DNA of 43,933 nt from Basidioascus undulatus (lineage: Eukaryota), in NCBI GenBank assembly GCA_000826855.1, contig JTLS01000026.1, forward strand, positions 1 to 43,933, read 5' to 3'. Shown one piece after another: positions 22,601 to 35,979 of this stretch; position 1 is the stretch's first letter; each line of letters begins with the position of its first letter. The translations under genes were made by a program, and so were the position numbers. The notes below the pieces were generated by a model. It saw nothing but the letters and a program-made list of their open reading frames with translations, was not told where the DNA came from and did no database searches.

Positions 22601-25600
22601 GTTCTTTCTTCTCTTTCTTCTGACGACCGCCAGCATTGCTGATCTTTCCGCTTGCCTCCGCAGCCGCCCCCAAACCGTCATCTGCACATTCGTCGCCGTA
22701 CCGTCCCTACCGCGTTCCGCGGAACCCAACACGTCCCCCCTCGCGGTCGAGATCGCGTGCGCCGCGAAGGACCTTGCGCACCGGACACTGCCTTCGTACA
22801 TGCTCCCGAAGTGCGTGCCCCATTCTCTCACATCTGCGTAGCTTCAAACTCCTGCTGACATACCATCCTCGCTCTTCCCCAGCGTTTTCCTCGTCCTCGA
22901 TCACATCCCGCACACACCCTCGAACAAGATCGACCGCAAGGCGCTGGCAGCCGCGTACGCCAACGTGGATATCGCGGGATGGGAGCGCGATATGGCGGGC
23001 GCTTCGGGCGGCGGCGCGGGCGTGGAGGACGATGGAGAATGGACGGAGACGGAGATCGAGATGCGCGACGCCGTGTCGGAACTCACGGGCGCGCCGAAGG
23101 AGGCGGTAGACAGGAGGACGCATTTGCCTGCGCTGGGCGTAGACTCGGTGCGAATATTTCCATTACATCGAGATGCCGGACGTTTACTTACGCCAAGTCC
23201 GGACATCTTCAGATCCGATCTATCACCCTCTCGACCAAGTTCCGCTTGGCCGGTATCCATCTGGCGGTCGTGGACATCATCCAGAACCCCACCATCCGGC
23301 AGCTGAGCGAGCTGCTCGCTAGCCGTGCCGCGCAGCAGGGTGACGGGCCGGATGCCCGGCAGCGGCTCGAGGCGTTTGACGGCGAGTGGCGAGGGAAGGT
23401 CGGAGAGAATGGGCAGGGTGTTGAGAGGGTTTTGCCGTGCACGCCGCGTAAGCCAATGCGTCTGCTTGTCTTACTTCCTGAGCATAGTTGAGACTGACTA
23501 GCGGACTGTGTCACAGTGCAGGAGGGCATGCTGGGCGAGACGATGCAGGACCCGCGCGCGTACTGGACGCACCACCTACTCGCTCTCCGGCCGAGCGTTG
23601 ACGTACAACGCCTGCGTGGTGCTTGGACGGAGGTGGCGAGCCGCACGGAGGCTCTGCGGGTCGGTTTCGTAGCTGCCGCGGAGGTCGGGGCTCAGAATGA
23701 CAAAGACCAGTTCTCTCCGTGAGTAGCTTTCTCAATCTGGAAAGCCTGTGGAGCAATGGCTGAAGTGGAGATCACTTCGCAGAACGTTCCTGCAACTCTT
23801 TTACAGTAGTGCAAGCGTCGACTGGAACGAGAGCGCGACGGCATTGTCGCTCGAGCAGGCCGCGAAGGATCGCGCCGGACAGGTCGTTAAGGAGCGGGCC
23901 GGCTTGCGACGTCCGCCGTGGGTTTTGACGCTTTTCGCGCTGCCAGACAACCAGCGGGTACTCATGCTGTCAATGCACCACTCGTACGTCTTGTTTGTAT
24001 CCAGTCGCTCTTTTCCGGTCCTCATTCCATGCGCTGGGCAGCATCTTCGACGCCGACACGCTCAACTTCATCCTCTCCGACGTGAACTGCGCATATCTCG
24101 ATCGCCCCATCCCCGACCGTCTCCCGCTCTCCGACGCTCTCGCTATCATCCTTCCTGGCGATGCGGAGTCCCCCGCCCGTTTCTGGGCTGCGAGGCTCGC
24201 CGACTACGCCGATCCCGATGCGCCGACCGTGCCGGATCTCACCGGACGCTCGCGATCTGCGCTCGGCTCGACGGCCTTCTTCTCTAAGCGCGTCTCTACC
24301 CGCACCGCGCGCACCGCTCTCGCTACCGCAGCGCAAGCCCTCGACGGCTCGCTCGGCAACCTCGTCCAGGCTGCGTGGGCGGTCGTACTCGCCGCCTACC
24401 TCGAGACGTCCTCCGTCGTCTTCGGCGAGACGCTTTCTGCGCGCCTCGCAAGCCCACAGCTCGCTACCGCTCTTGGGCCGTTCATCACCGCCACGCCGGT
24501 CCCCGTTCGACTGGACGAGAGCAAGACAGCCCGGCAACTCGTCGCCGAGCTCGGGAAGCTCGCTCAGAGCAGCATCGAGCACCGGCACGTCCCGCTCCGC
24601 CGCGTCGGACAAGCTCTTCAGCGTCCCAAGGGCCAAGCCCTGTTCCCGGCGATGTTCGTGCTGCACCTTGAGCAACCAGAGCTGGTGGGAGAGGAAATAT
24701 GGGAGCGCTTGGAGGACGTTGTGGGGCTGCAGGTCGAGCATGGATTGGCGCTGAACGTCGAGCTGCGAGAGGGCGGCGTCGAGCTGGATCTGTGGGGCGA
24801 TAGCGGCCTTGTGTGCGTCGTCCTCGCTCCTTCTACTCATCCAGGCAGTTGCTGACGAAACGGTGTACGTGATGCAGCGCACCGCAGCAACTCGAACTCC
24901 TCGTCCAACAAGTCGACGCGGTCCTTTCCGCGCTAGTCGAGCATCCCGACAAACCCCTCCTCTCCCTCTCCTCCGCCCAAATCCCTCCACGGCTCCTTTC
25001 CATCTCACAACCTACGCCCTCCAACACGCTGCGCGATGCCCCTCTGCGTCCGCCGACTTACTGGCTCGAGCACCACGCGGCGCACAACCCCGACTTCGTG
25101 GCGGCTGTCGTTGCGTCAAGCATCGAGGAGGAAGGAGTGGAGACGAGATCGTGGACTTACCGGGAGCTCGACGAGGTGAGCAGAGCTTCTTGTGTGCAAG
25201 TTTCCGTAGACGCTGAAAGCTCATATCTGGAGTCTTTTGTAGGCATCAAACCGCGTCGCCAACTTCATCCTGTCTAGCGGCGTCTCGAACCAAACGGTCG
25301 CTTTCTGTATGGGAAGGACGCTCGAAGCGTACGCTTACCAACTGGGGTGTGTTTGCTCTTCATCTCTTCTTTGTCGCGACTTCGGGCACTGCGTCTGATC
25401 AAACGCGTCCTTTTCAGCATTTTCAAGTCGGGAAACGTATGCGCGCTTTCCTGAATGCCTATTAGGTCCCGATTAACTCTCATTGGCATGTTCAGACCTA
25501 TCTCCCCATCGAGGAAGATCTCCCCACCGCGCGGAAGGACCTCCTTGTCAGAGACAGTAGCGCGGCGCTCGTCTTCACCACCTCGACACACATCGAGAGC

Positions 25601-28600
25601 TTCTCCGACGTTTCCGGCAAGGCGCAGATCGTCTGCGCCGAACAGCCTGAGCACGCAGCCAACCTCGCTGCGCAGCCGAACAGCTCGCCGCAGGTTGCTT
25701 ACCGTCCCGAGGCTCCTTCTTACCGTAAGCGGTCGCGCCCGGTTCAACCCTTCTCGCTTCTGGCTGACTGAGCGTGAGTCCACAGTTCTCTACACCAGCG
25801 GCTCGACAGGCACGCCCAAGGGCGTCATCGTCTCCGCGGGCAACTTGTCGGGCTTCATCGAGGCGTTCATCGAGCTCATTAACCGCGACTGCCCGATTGC
25901 ACCGTTCGCCGGCAAAGGTCGCTACCTCGGCCGGACGTCCATCGCCTTGTGAGTCCTCGTCGGTAGTTCTCTGATCACTGCAATCCGGCTGATAACCGTT
26001 CTTGCGCAGCGATGTGCACCTGCTCGAGTTGTTTGGAGCGTTCCGGATGGGCATGGCGGCCGCAAGCGCGCCGCGAACGATCATTCTGGACGATCTCGGT
26101 CTGACGTTGCAGAAACTGGAGATCTCGCACGCGAGGTGCGTCTTGGCCTGTTGCGCCTGTCCCGGCCATTCCACAGCTGACAGTTCCGTGCTGGCAGTCT
26201 CGTGCCTTCCCTCCTCGAGCGTGCTGAACTCGTTCCATCCGACGTTCCTGCTCTTCGCTGGCTTTCTGTCGGAGGTGAGATGGGAGTCACACTGCCGTTT
26301 ACGCCCTTCCGCTGACAAAGGTACTTGTGAGTGGCCAGGCGAGAAGATTTCCGCGCGGATCGTGGACGTGTGGGGTGACGACCCGGGCGGCGTCGTCCTG
26401 TTCAATGCCTGTGCGTGATAAAGTCCTGTCAAATTGGGATCCCCACCTGACGCTCACCCCACCGCAACCGACAGATGGCCCTACGGGTGAGCCAGTGCAC
26501 TTGGCAAGGGTTCTGCGCGCTAAAATGCTGATGATCTTCCATCACGTATTGCAGAGGTCACGATCGGCTGCTCTTTGGCTCGCGTTCAGAAGCACTCTTC
26601 CCCCCGGAGCATCGGCAAGATCTTCGACAACTGCGAGGCGTACGTTCTAAAACCAGGCAAGCTCGATATTGCGCTTCGCGGGCAACCCGGCGTACGTTTC
26701 ATTTGTCGTTATTATGGTGCGACCGTAGGCTCATAACGAATGATGTTTTCAGGAGCTTTGCGTCACGGGCGATCTTGTCGCGATCGGCTACTTCAACCGC
26801 CCAGAGGCCCGCGGCTTTGTGGACGACTTCCACGGCAAGAAACTCTATCGCACGGGAGATATGGTCCGGCTGATGGCGGACGACGTACATCTAGACTCCT
26901 TCTGTTACCCGAGGTGCATCCAGCTAACGCACTTCTTATCGCGCTGCTGCAGACAATCGAGTACTTGGGCAGAAGCGACGACCAGGCGAAGATCCGCGGC
27001 CAGCGACTCGAGCTCGCCGAGGTCAGCGAGTGCATCCGGGCATCTTCGCATGAGAGCGTCGGCGTCGCTACGCTTGTCATCCGGCATCCTTCCCTCCAGC
27101 GCGACTCGCTGGTCTCGTTTGTCGCCCGTTCTTCCGTGTCGGCAAATCAACCGAGCATCCTCTTCGCCGAAGCCGACTTCGCCAGCTCCCTCCAGCGCGC
27201 GTGCCGCGAGCGTCTCCCTGCCTTCATGGTGCCCGACCTCGTCTTTATCCTCGACTTTATCCCACTCGCCGCGACGTCCGGAAAGGCCGACGCCAAAGTG
27301 CTCCGCCGCATTTTCGCCGAGACACCGCTGAGCGACCTCCTGGGCAGCAGCTCGCCCGCGTCATCGCGGCCGCTAAACGCTGCGGAGGTCAAGGTTCGCG
27401 ACGTCCTTCTCGCCATGATCAACGCCGAGGAGCAGCTCCGGTCGACTACGACCGTCTTCGAACTCGGCATCGATTCGCTCAGCGCGATCTCGCTCAGCTT
27501 CAAGCTTCGAGCCGCCGGCTTCGACGCGCCCGTCCCGTATCTCCTCGGCGGCCCTTCAGTCGAGGAGCTAGCAAAGCGCACGTCGTCCCCCACGACGTCT
27601 CGCCCGGAGCTGCAAGATGCTCGCCGCCGCTTGGAGGAGCTTCACGGTCGACTTCGCGCGCAGCTAGCACCGGCATTCACCCCCTCCAAGATCGCTGCAG
27701 TCCGACCCGCCCTACCGTTGCAAGAAGGCCTCGTTGCCCGCTCGCTGGACTCGTCCGCTCCCGCCTACGTCAACCACGTCATCCTCCGCCTCGATCAGAC
27801 CGCTAGTCTTGGACTCGTAGGAGCCTTCGAAGCCGCCATTGCCGAGAACGAGATCCTCCGCACGTGCTTCGCGCCGGTCGGCGATGAGATCGTTCAGGTC
27901 GTGCTTCATCCCTCGTCGCTTCCGTCGCCATGGTCCTCTCGAGAGCTCCCGGCCGGCGAAGACACTCTTGCATCCATCCGCTCCTCTCTCCCCGACGTCG
28001 CTGCCGACATCGTGCAGAACCTCGCCCGCGTTCCGCCGCTTCGACTCAGTCTGTGGGAGAGTCCGCAAACGGCGTACCTCGTCATCTCCATGCATCACTC
28101 CATCTACGACGGTGCGTGGCCTTCCACCACTTTTTTGTGCTTTTGGCTCTGTCTGACGCCTCATTTTAATTTAGGCGAGTCGCTGCCGATGCTGCTAAAC
28201 GAAGTCGAGCGTCGATACCTCGGGACGTACTCGCTTCAGCGCGCTCCATTCGCCGCGCTCGTCGAGCACGTCGCTGCGCAGTCTCCGCAAGACGCGGAGG
28301 CGTTCTATTCTCAGTATCTTGCGAACCTCGACCTTCCTCCCGCGCTCGAGCCTGTCGAGGACGGGCACGACTACCATACGCACGAGGTCACCGTCCCGTC
28401 GCCGCTCGTCACTGTCGAGTCCTCGGCGCGCAGCATGAACGTCAGCCTACACACTCTGGCCCAAACAGCGTTCGCCATCGGGCTCGCGGAGCATATGGGC
28501 CACGGCGATCTGGTGCGTGTTTCTTTGTTTAAAAACGATAGGTGGGATACTGACACCGCAGCGTGCTAGATCTTCGGTGTAGTTCTCTCTGGACGTACCG

Positions 28601-31600
28601 TTCCAGTGGAAGGCGCGGACAGCATTCTCGGTAAGCCGGGTTTCATTTTGAACCGGACAAGCTCGCGCTACGCAAACCGCAGGAGCTTACGTCTGCATCT
28701 TCCAGCCCCGTGCATCACCACCGTTCCTGTTCGCGCTCGATTAGCTACTGCCTCGGACGTGCAGCAGCTCGCGCAGCAGCTCCAACAGGACAGCACCTCC
28801 CTCCTCGCCCATCAGCATACCTCCCTCCGCGCGATTCAGAAATGGGCGGCAGCTACGCAGCCGCTCTTCGAAACGCTCTTCTCGTTCACTCGCGCTCAGC
28901 CGCTGCGGCTATCCTCCGACATCTGGTGCGAGGTTGACAGCTCGTCAGCAGTGGATGTAAGTTCGCTTCGTGTTGGAGCTACATCTCTCATTCTAAGCTA
29001 AATATTGTCCCTTCCCTCTCAGCATCATCTCGCCGTCGAAGTCGAAGCCCATGACGACACGAACGAGATCATCCTGCGCGCCACGTTTACGCCTGTCTTT
29101 GGCGCCGCGCCCGCAGCCGCCCTCATCCGCCGTATGCAGGGCCTCCTCTCGGACGCCGGCCAGTCGCTCGCATTGGCAGTCGACTCCGCGTCGCGACGGC
29201 CGTCCCGGAGCCCACGCGCCGAGACGTACGACGAGGCCGTCTGGAGCTCGGAAGAGGAGGTCATCCGGTTTGCTGTCTCCGAAGTCTGCGGCGTCGAGCC
29301 AGCGGTCGTCACGAAGGCCGTCTCGTTCCTTCGGCTCGGACTCGACTCGATCAGCAGCATCCGCCTCGCTCAACGCTTGCGGAAGAGCGGCCTCAAGGTT
29401 CGCTCTTCTTCCGTCATGCGCCACGCATGCGTCGGCGATCTTGCGCGTCACGTCGCCCAGGAGAACGCCGTCGCGCCCTCCTCTTCAGCCGAGCCCGAAG
29501 CGATCTTCGCCCGGACCGCCTCCGAGCTCTATCAAGCGCACTCCTCCACCGTCCCCCTCCTCTCGCCCTCCGACGTTGTCGACGCCGTCTACCCTGCTAC
29601 CGCGCTTCAGGCGGCCATGCTCACCTCCACGCTCGCGTCCGCAGGCCAACTGTACCTCGTTCCCCACCCTCTTCGCTTAAACCCGTCGATCGACCTCCGT
29701 CGCCTGCGCGACGCATGGGACGCGATTGTCTCTCGTACCGACATCCTCCGCACGACCTTCCATCCGGACGCGGACTTGCCCTGGATCGCGGCTGTCCACC
29801 GCGACGCACCGCTGCAATGGACCGAGCACGCGGGCGTTGCCAACGAGCAGCTCTCTGACGCGGTCGCCCGACTGGTCGGCTCTGCGGCGATTCGAGAGCC
29901 AGAGGGCTTCGAGAAGTCGCCTCTTTGGATCCATGTCCTCGTCTCGCCGGACGAGAAGCTTCTCCTGCCCATTATCCACCATAGGTGCGTTTCGCTTATT
30001 GTCATACTTACTCTCTCTCGCGCTCACTTGTGTTGTCTCGTTTAGTCTTTACGACGGCATGTCGCTCTCCTACATTCTCTCAGACGTCGAGGCAGCATAT
30101 CGGGACGCTTCCGCCACACCGCGCCCGCCGTTCCGAAGTGCCCTGCCGCACATCTTGCAACGGCCGTCCGGCGAGCTCGACTTCTGGCGGCGTAGGCTCT
30201 CCGGCTACAGCCCGTCTTCGCTCGTTGTGCAGAACCCGTGTCTGAGCGCCGCGCCGCAGTTCTGCGAGCGCAAGTCCAGCGTCCTCATCGCCGACATCGA
30301 GCAGGCATGCAAGGCGCTCGAGGTGACTGTGCAGGCTGCTGCTCTGCTGGCGTGGTACGTCAGGCTAGTACCCTTGTGCTTTACTGTGCTGGACTGATTT
30401 TTGTCCGTCTTCCAGGGGCAAGCTACTGGCGAGTCTGACGGGCACGCGCGATATAGTTTTCGGCCAAGTCGTATCCGGCCGGTCTATTCCGCTGGACAAC
30501 GCATATCAAGTGGCAGGCCCGCTGTTCAAGTGAGTCAATCGCTTCGTGCCCGAGGGTAAAGCCGGCAAGCGCTGACTATGGAAACCTACCTAGCACCATT
30601 CCGTTCCGCTTTGTCCTGGGCGACGACGCCGCGACCAACGCTCAGGCGGCTCAAGCGCAGCAGGCAGCTAACGTCGCCGCCGAGCCCTATCACCACACGC
30701 CGCTTCGCGAAGTCCAAGCCGCCTGGCGCGGCGAATCCCGAAACGCCGACGCCCTCTTCGACTGTCTCTTCGTCTTCCAGAAGACGGACAAGATGTCCGC
30801 AGATGAAGCCGACCCGCTCTGGCAGCCGGTCGAGCTTGACGGCATGGTGGACGAGCCGGAGGTGAGTTACGCTTCGAGGGAACTCATCGGGATGGGGCGC
30901 TGATCTTTCTGCTTTGCAGTATCCCGTGAACGTCGAGATCGAGCACGTAGGCGAGCGTCTCGCTCTTCGGGCATCGTGCCGGTCGGGCATGATGGACCTC
31001 GATGCGCTCTCCAACCTCCTCAACCGACTCGACGAGGTCCTCTCTGATGTCATCCGGAACCCTTCCGCTCCTGCCGTCGACCTTCCTCCCTCGCTTCGCT
31101 CTCTACCTCCGCCGCTGGCCACTCTCGCTTCATCCGAGTCCTCGCCGACTGTCGCCAAGAACGAGCCGGTTCCCCCCGCCGACGAGAACCTCAGCAGCAA
31201 CGAGCAGCTCCTCCGCGAGGTGCTTGCCGATATCGCGCGCGTGCCCATCGACAAGATCGGCCGCCATACACCGCTTTACGCTATCGGCCTCGACTCGATC
31301 GCTGCCATTCAGGTCGCATCCCGCTGCCGCCGCAGAGGCCTCAAGATCGCCGTCGCCGACGTTCTCGCGGGTGTTCACGTCGCAGGCATCTGCGAGCTGT
31401 TCGAGGCGCGGAAGGGACGGGCCAAGCCGGTCAAACCGGTGCAGGACCTGCTGGTCTCCGCGGACGTCAAGCAGAGGGCACTCGCTATCCTCGGCGTCAA
31501 CGAGGATGCGGTCGAAGCGGTTCTTCCCGTCCTTCCTGTGCGTTTCATCCTGCTTCCCCTGTTCTAATCGCTTTCCGGCTGACACTTCTTCGTGCTGACA

Positions 31601-33132
31601 GGGTCAACGCCACCACCTCGCGGCCTGGCTCAAGGGTGGTCGAACTTTCTACGAGCCACCGTTTGTCTGTGCGTGTCCGCGTTAGTATCAATCAGCCCAA
31701 CATGAAGCTGACTGGCGCTTTCGTGCACAGACCGAGCGTCTGCACCGCTCGACCCAGTTCGTGCCGCCGCCGCGTGGCGCTCCCTTCGGCAGCGGCATAG
31801 TATTTTGCGAACGGCATTTGCAGCGGTTTCGGAGACCGACGTGGTGCAGGTCGCGCTCAAGGACGTCCCGTCCGAAGACCCGACGTGGGCATTCGTCGAG
31901 TTGCAGGGCTCATTCGAAGAGCAGGTCGTCGAGCAGATCCGCCTCGAGGCGAGCCGGCCATCCGACATGTTCTTCCCTCCTGTCCGGGGCCGTCACGTCC
32001 GCGTCGGCGGCAGCGATGCTTTCATTCTCTTCATTCACCATGTTCTTTACGGTACGCATTTGATTTGACATTTTTCTGGGGGGTACATCTCACCCGCGTT
32101 ATCATCAACTTGTACAGATGCCTGGTCTATCCCACTCCTCATCTCCGACCTTGGCGCGCTATACGACGAACAGCCGTGCAGCAGCTCTCCCCACTTCACC
32201 GACCTCGTTCAGCACGTCTACTCCTCGCGCGACTCCGACGCCGACCGGCAGCACTGGTCGACCTCCCTTTCGGAAGCGCGACCTACCCTTTTCTCTCCCC
32301 CCGCTTCTTCGTCCTTGCCCGCCGACACCTTCGTCTTCATCCGGAACGCTATCACCAACATCTCAACGCTCTGCTCCTCTGCCCTCCGATCCAATCTTGC
32401 GCTTCCATCCGTCATCCTCGCCTCCCTTGGTCGTGTCTTCTCTGTCGTCGCCGATTGCCCCTCTCCCATCTTCGGCCTCTTCCAAACCGGTCGGTCGGCG
32501 TCGTTCGACAGTATCGAGCGCGTCGCAGCGCCGACGCTCAACGTCCTCCCTCTCCGAGTCCGTGCCGCTGGCGCCGGCGAGCTCAAGGAGGTCGCGGCGG
32601 AGGTGCAGGCTGAGCTCGGTCGCCGGACGGCGCACGAGCAGGTCAGCTCGCGCGAGATTGGCGAGTGGGTCGGCGTGCTCGGCCAACCCCTGTACAACGT
32701 GTACGTCAACCTCCTCTGGCACACCGAGCACATTCGAGAAACAAAGGGACAGCTTTTGGAGCGTATGGATGTACGTGTCTTCAGTCGCGCTCTCATCCGA
32801 TTCCTCTTACTCACCCAACTTGTCTCTAGGTGGGCGTGCCAACCGACTTCGCAACGAAGCATCCTGTCGGCGGAAAGACAGCTGTGGACGCTATTGACCG
32901 ATCATATTTGCCTGAGGTGCGTCTGAGACTTTCTGATGCCAGCGTTCTTCAGTATTTAATCTTCCCGCCCACGTAGGCCTCTCTCAACATCGACATTGCC
33001 CTCAACGCGGATGCTGACGCAGTCGACATCGCCCTCCGATGCGAGGGCAGACTGATGGACGACCCGAGCGCGCGCAAGCTCGTCGGCGACTTTGCGGAGG
33101 CGGTGCAGCGCGCGGTAGATGAGCTGGTTTAG
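16700..33132 (+). CDS. Ferrichrome-type siderophore nonribosomal peptide synthetase (SidC/Fer3-like), A-T-C-A-T-C-A-T-C-T-C-T-C
   Basis: Three A domains: [11 protein letters not shown] ~17350 with NAYGPTE and [16 protein letters not shown] ~21255 with NSYGPAE and [16 protein letters not shown] ~25790 with YRTGD. Five T domains: LGIDSL ~18810, LGVDSI ~23135, LGIDSL ~27465, LGLDSI ~29335, IGLDSI ~31285. Five C domains: HHALFDG, HHSIFDA, HHSIYDG, HHSLYDG, HHVLYDA. About 49 short introns by manual reading; TAG at 33130-33132; no frameshift noticed. Adjacent to sidA. Confidence 0.95.
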
Positions 33133-33559
33133 ATGGGACCTTGCATAGTTATACCTCTTGCATATTTTTACCTATTCTACACCCTGCTTCGCCCTTATCC
33201 TTTGTAGTCCTTACAAGCACAGTACCCTAAATGAATGCACGACATACTCGGATGCCTGGGCTTGCGGTGTGCACGCGGAGTTTCCCAGAGCAGTAAGAAG
33301 TCGCAAAATAATATAAAGATATGCTACTGCATGTAAACAGCGTGCAAATAAATACAGCAGTGGCGGCGAAGATCTGGCAGTCGACGCAAAGGCAGGAGTG
33401 CAGCGCTCCATTCTGGTTTCAGCTCCGTCAGGCGGGCGGTAATCTTCTGTGGAATAGGATACAGAGCGAAGTGGACGGAAGCGCGGACAAGGGCCAACCT
33501 AAGACAGGAGTGAGGTGCGCTGGCAGCGAGATTTGCACTGGCCGGCGAAGGCGGACACG

Positions 33560-34632
33560 AACTCATCGCGCCGCCCATGCGTGAGCAAGTCAGCAATGTT
33601 GGAAATGCCGAGGACATGCGCGGCGGTAAGGTGGACGTGGATGCCGCGCTCGACGAGGAGCGTGTAGATGGAGGACAGGACGCGGTCCACGTCGTGACTC
33701 GAAGATCAGCACCGGTTGAAGTCGCTGATGACGCCCATATTGTGGGATTGAACCAAGACGGAGGTGTGTTCCGGCCGGATCGCGCCGACCTCGGTGGCGA
33801 GGCGAACGAAGGCCGAGTTCGACCGCCACCATCTCTGCCAGTACAGGTCGCGGTGCCTGGCCGACCGCCAATCCGACTGACAGTACCGCCACAGCGCCCA
33901 CCGTCTCCCACGACGACGCCGAAGGAACTACTGGCATCGCCCCACCAACCGCACAGGCCTCGGTAGCTCGCTAGCAGATAGCTCGACCGTGCGGCGGGCC
34001 CCGCCCAAGGCGTTCCGCATGCGGTCGTAGGCCGCAGCTTCCCTGACCGGCTGTTCCCGGCGGCCCTGTGGAAGCGCATGGCGAAGTGCGTGAAGGGACG
34101 GAAGAGCGGATATATGGCAGCAGCGCTGAGATTTTCTCCTGTAACCTCGCAAATCAGCCCGGCAGATACTTGAAACGGGTTACAGAGAAAGAACTGGCAT
34201 ACCTTCAACATCCTCACCTGGATGCGATCGAAGACCGCGCCCGGCGCAAGCCACGCGTCGAGCAAATGGAACAACTCCGCCGCTTGTGCGCCGCGAGCCG
34301 GTCTTGGGCCAGGACGGCTAGCGCATCTCCTCGAATCAACGCGTCAGTCGGATTGCTGGTGGCAGCTCCGGCGTCTTTTCCGCTCTTCATGGGGTATGCC
34401 ATAGTACGAGAGACGCGCGCGGTACACGTGAGATTTGAGCGAGCCGAGAGCAGTGACCCTGGCCATCTCGGTTTCCGTCGGGCCATTGTGAGAGCTAGGA
34501 CGGTGGACGGCTAGTGAGTTAGTCGAGGAAAGCTGAGATGGATCGATGGACAAGGTCGAAGTCGAGGAGCGCAATCGCGCGACGCTCCCTGGCCGGCGTG
34601 GCTGGGCCAGATACAGTCATCTGCCATGAGTG
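33560..34632 (-). mobile_element. Degenerate DIRS/Ngaro-type (tyrosine-recombinase) retrotransposon, RT C-terminal part plus RNase H
   Basis: Frameshifted blocks ADDCIW, LSYYGIPHEERK, WWGDASSSFGVVVG, LAEMVAVELGL, LVQSHNMGVI and HLTAAHVLGISNIADLLTHG follow the order of DIRS-type RT/RNase H motifs. No recombinase ORF or terminal repeats seen. Confidence 0.72.
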
Positions 34633-35548
34633 ACCGACCGCATCAAGCTCGGCCAGACGCACACGTACGAGCGCGTGGTCGTGGCCGACCGCATTTCTGC
34701 GCACCATGGGCCGCCGTATTCCGCCAAGGTCTCCAAGTACATCGGCTACGTCGCCGAGCTCGAGGCGCCCCCCCGCCTTCTGGGAGCCTGTTCGCCACTC
34801 GGCGATCTGGTCCATCCTCGGCGAAGTCCTGCACGCCCATACCCGCCGCCCGACTGTGACCTACATTTCGCGCCAGTCCGCGGGCACTCGTAGACTCCTC
34901 TTAGGCGACCATGAGAGACTCGTCGAGGCGCTGGAGGGTCTGCGGGACATCGCGAACGTTCAGGCGGTCGTGATGGAGAAGTTGACTTGCGGAAGCAGGT
35001 GAAGATCACTGCGCAGTCGACGGTGGGTTGTTTCGCTGCCATCCGGATTGCGAGTTTGGCTGTGTCTGGGGATGTACTGTGGATGTACTGTAGAGATCCT
35101 GATCGGCGTCCACGAGAACGGCCTCACGCATGAGATGTGGATGCCGCGGTCTCCCTCATCGACCATAATAGAGATCTTCTATCCCGGGGGGTTCTTGTAC
35201 GACTATCAGAGTGCGTCGCGCCGCCTACTTTGCGATGTTGGACTTGGGGCTAACCTCGGAGGTCCTCCTTTCTCCTTCCCCCGCGACAGTCGTGGCCAAG
35301 CTGATGGGACACAAGCACTACCATGTCTGGAACACCAACATCAGCTTGACTTGCGTCGAGTCAGCCTGTCCCCGCAGCCACGGAGACGAGAACTTCCAGC
35401 GCACCAGGATTCCCGTCTATGCCGGTGAGTGTGACTGCTTGATGATATTCGTCCACAGGGCGGCTCTGAAGCATTTTACTGGGTGGGCCCCCTTGCAGAT
35501 GAGGTCGTCGGCAAAATCAGAGAGCTCCTTCAGGACGGCTCCAGATAG
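34633..35548 (+). pseudogene. GT61-domain glycosyltransferase copy 2, C-terminal half (displaced by inversion)
   Basis: Starts mid-exon with TDRIKLGQTHTYERVVVADR. Then AFWEPVR, PTVTYISRQSAGTRRL, DHERLVEALE, ILIGVHENGLTHEMWM (family HGNGLTH), IIEIFYPGGFLYDY, LMGHKHYHVWN and last exon DEVVGKIRELLQDGSR* (TAG 35546-35548). Frameshifts at ~34770 and ~34988. Confidence 0.82.
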
Positions 35549-35979
35549 CGAGTGCGTTTCTCGCTTGAAAGGCTTGGCCCGACGACACACTGACTTGCCC
35601 TGGCGCATGGAATAGAGTTGTTTGTGTTTTCGGGTTTATTTGTAGCTTATACGATCGGGCAAACAACGTCATTCCTTTGACGAGCATGACCCGGAGCATC
35701 GTTCGCACGTTGAATGTGCAGCTCCTGTGTAAGGTGGCCATACCGGCCTGTCTTAAGCCTTTTCGTGGGCCTGGCCAATAAATAATACGGAGTGAGAGAA
35801 TATCTCCCAAAGATGCATCATCAACACAAGCCCTGATTGCACGCTGTCGGTGATCGAAAGCGACATGTTCGTCGCCCTGCGTTCCTACCTTCGCGGCACG
35901 CATACGCGACTGGAACCCAAGACACCTCGCTTGCAGATAAAGGTAAAAAAAACAATCTATGATCTACTCCGGCAACGCA

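Noticed and set aside
16826..32862. Many long minus-strand and alternative-frame ORFs overlapping the NRPS (e.g. 24022-25008, 25575-26432, 18380-19177)
   Set aside because: Arg/Gly/Ala-rich shadow ORFs expected opposite GC-rich coding exons; no motifs of their own.
33324..34274. 316 aa minus-strand ORF as a functional gene
   Set aside because: It drifts in and out of the RT/RNase H frame of the degenerate retroelement; the motifs lie in different frames.
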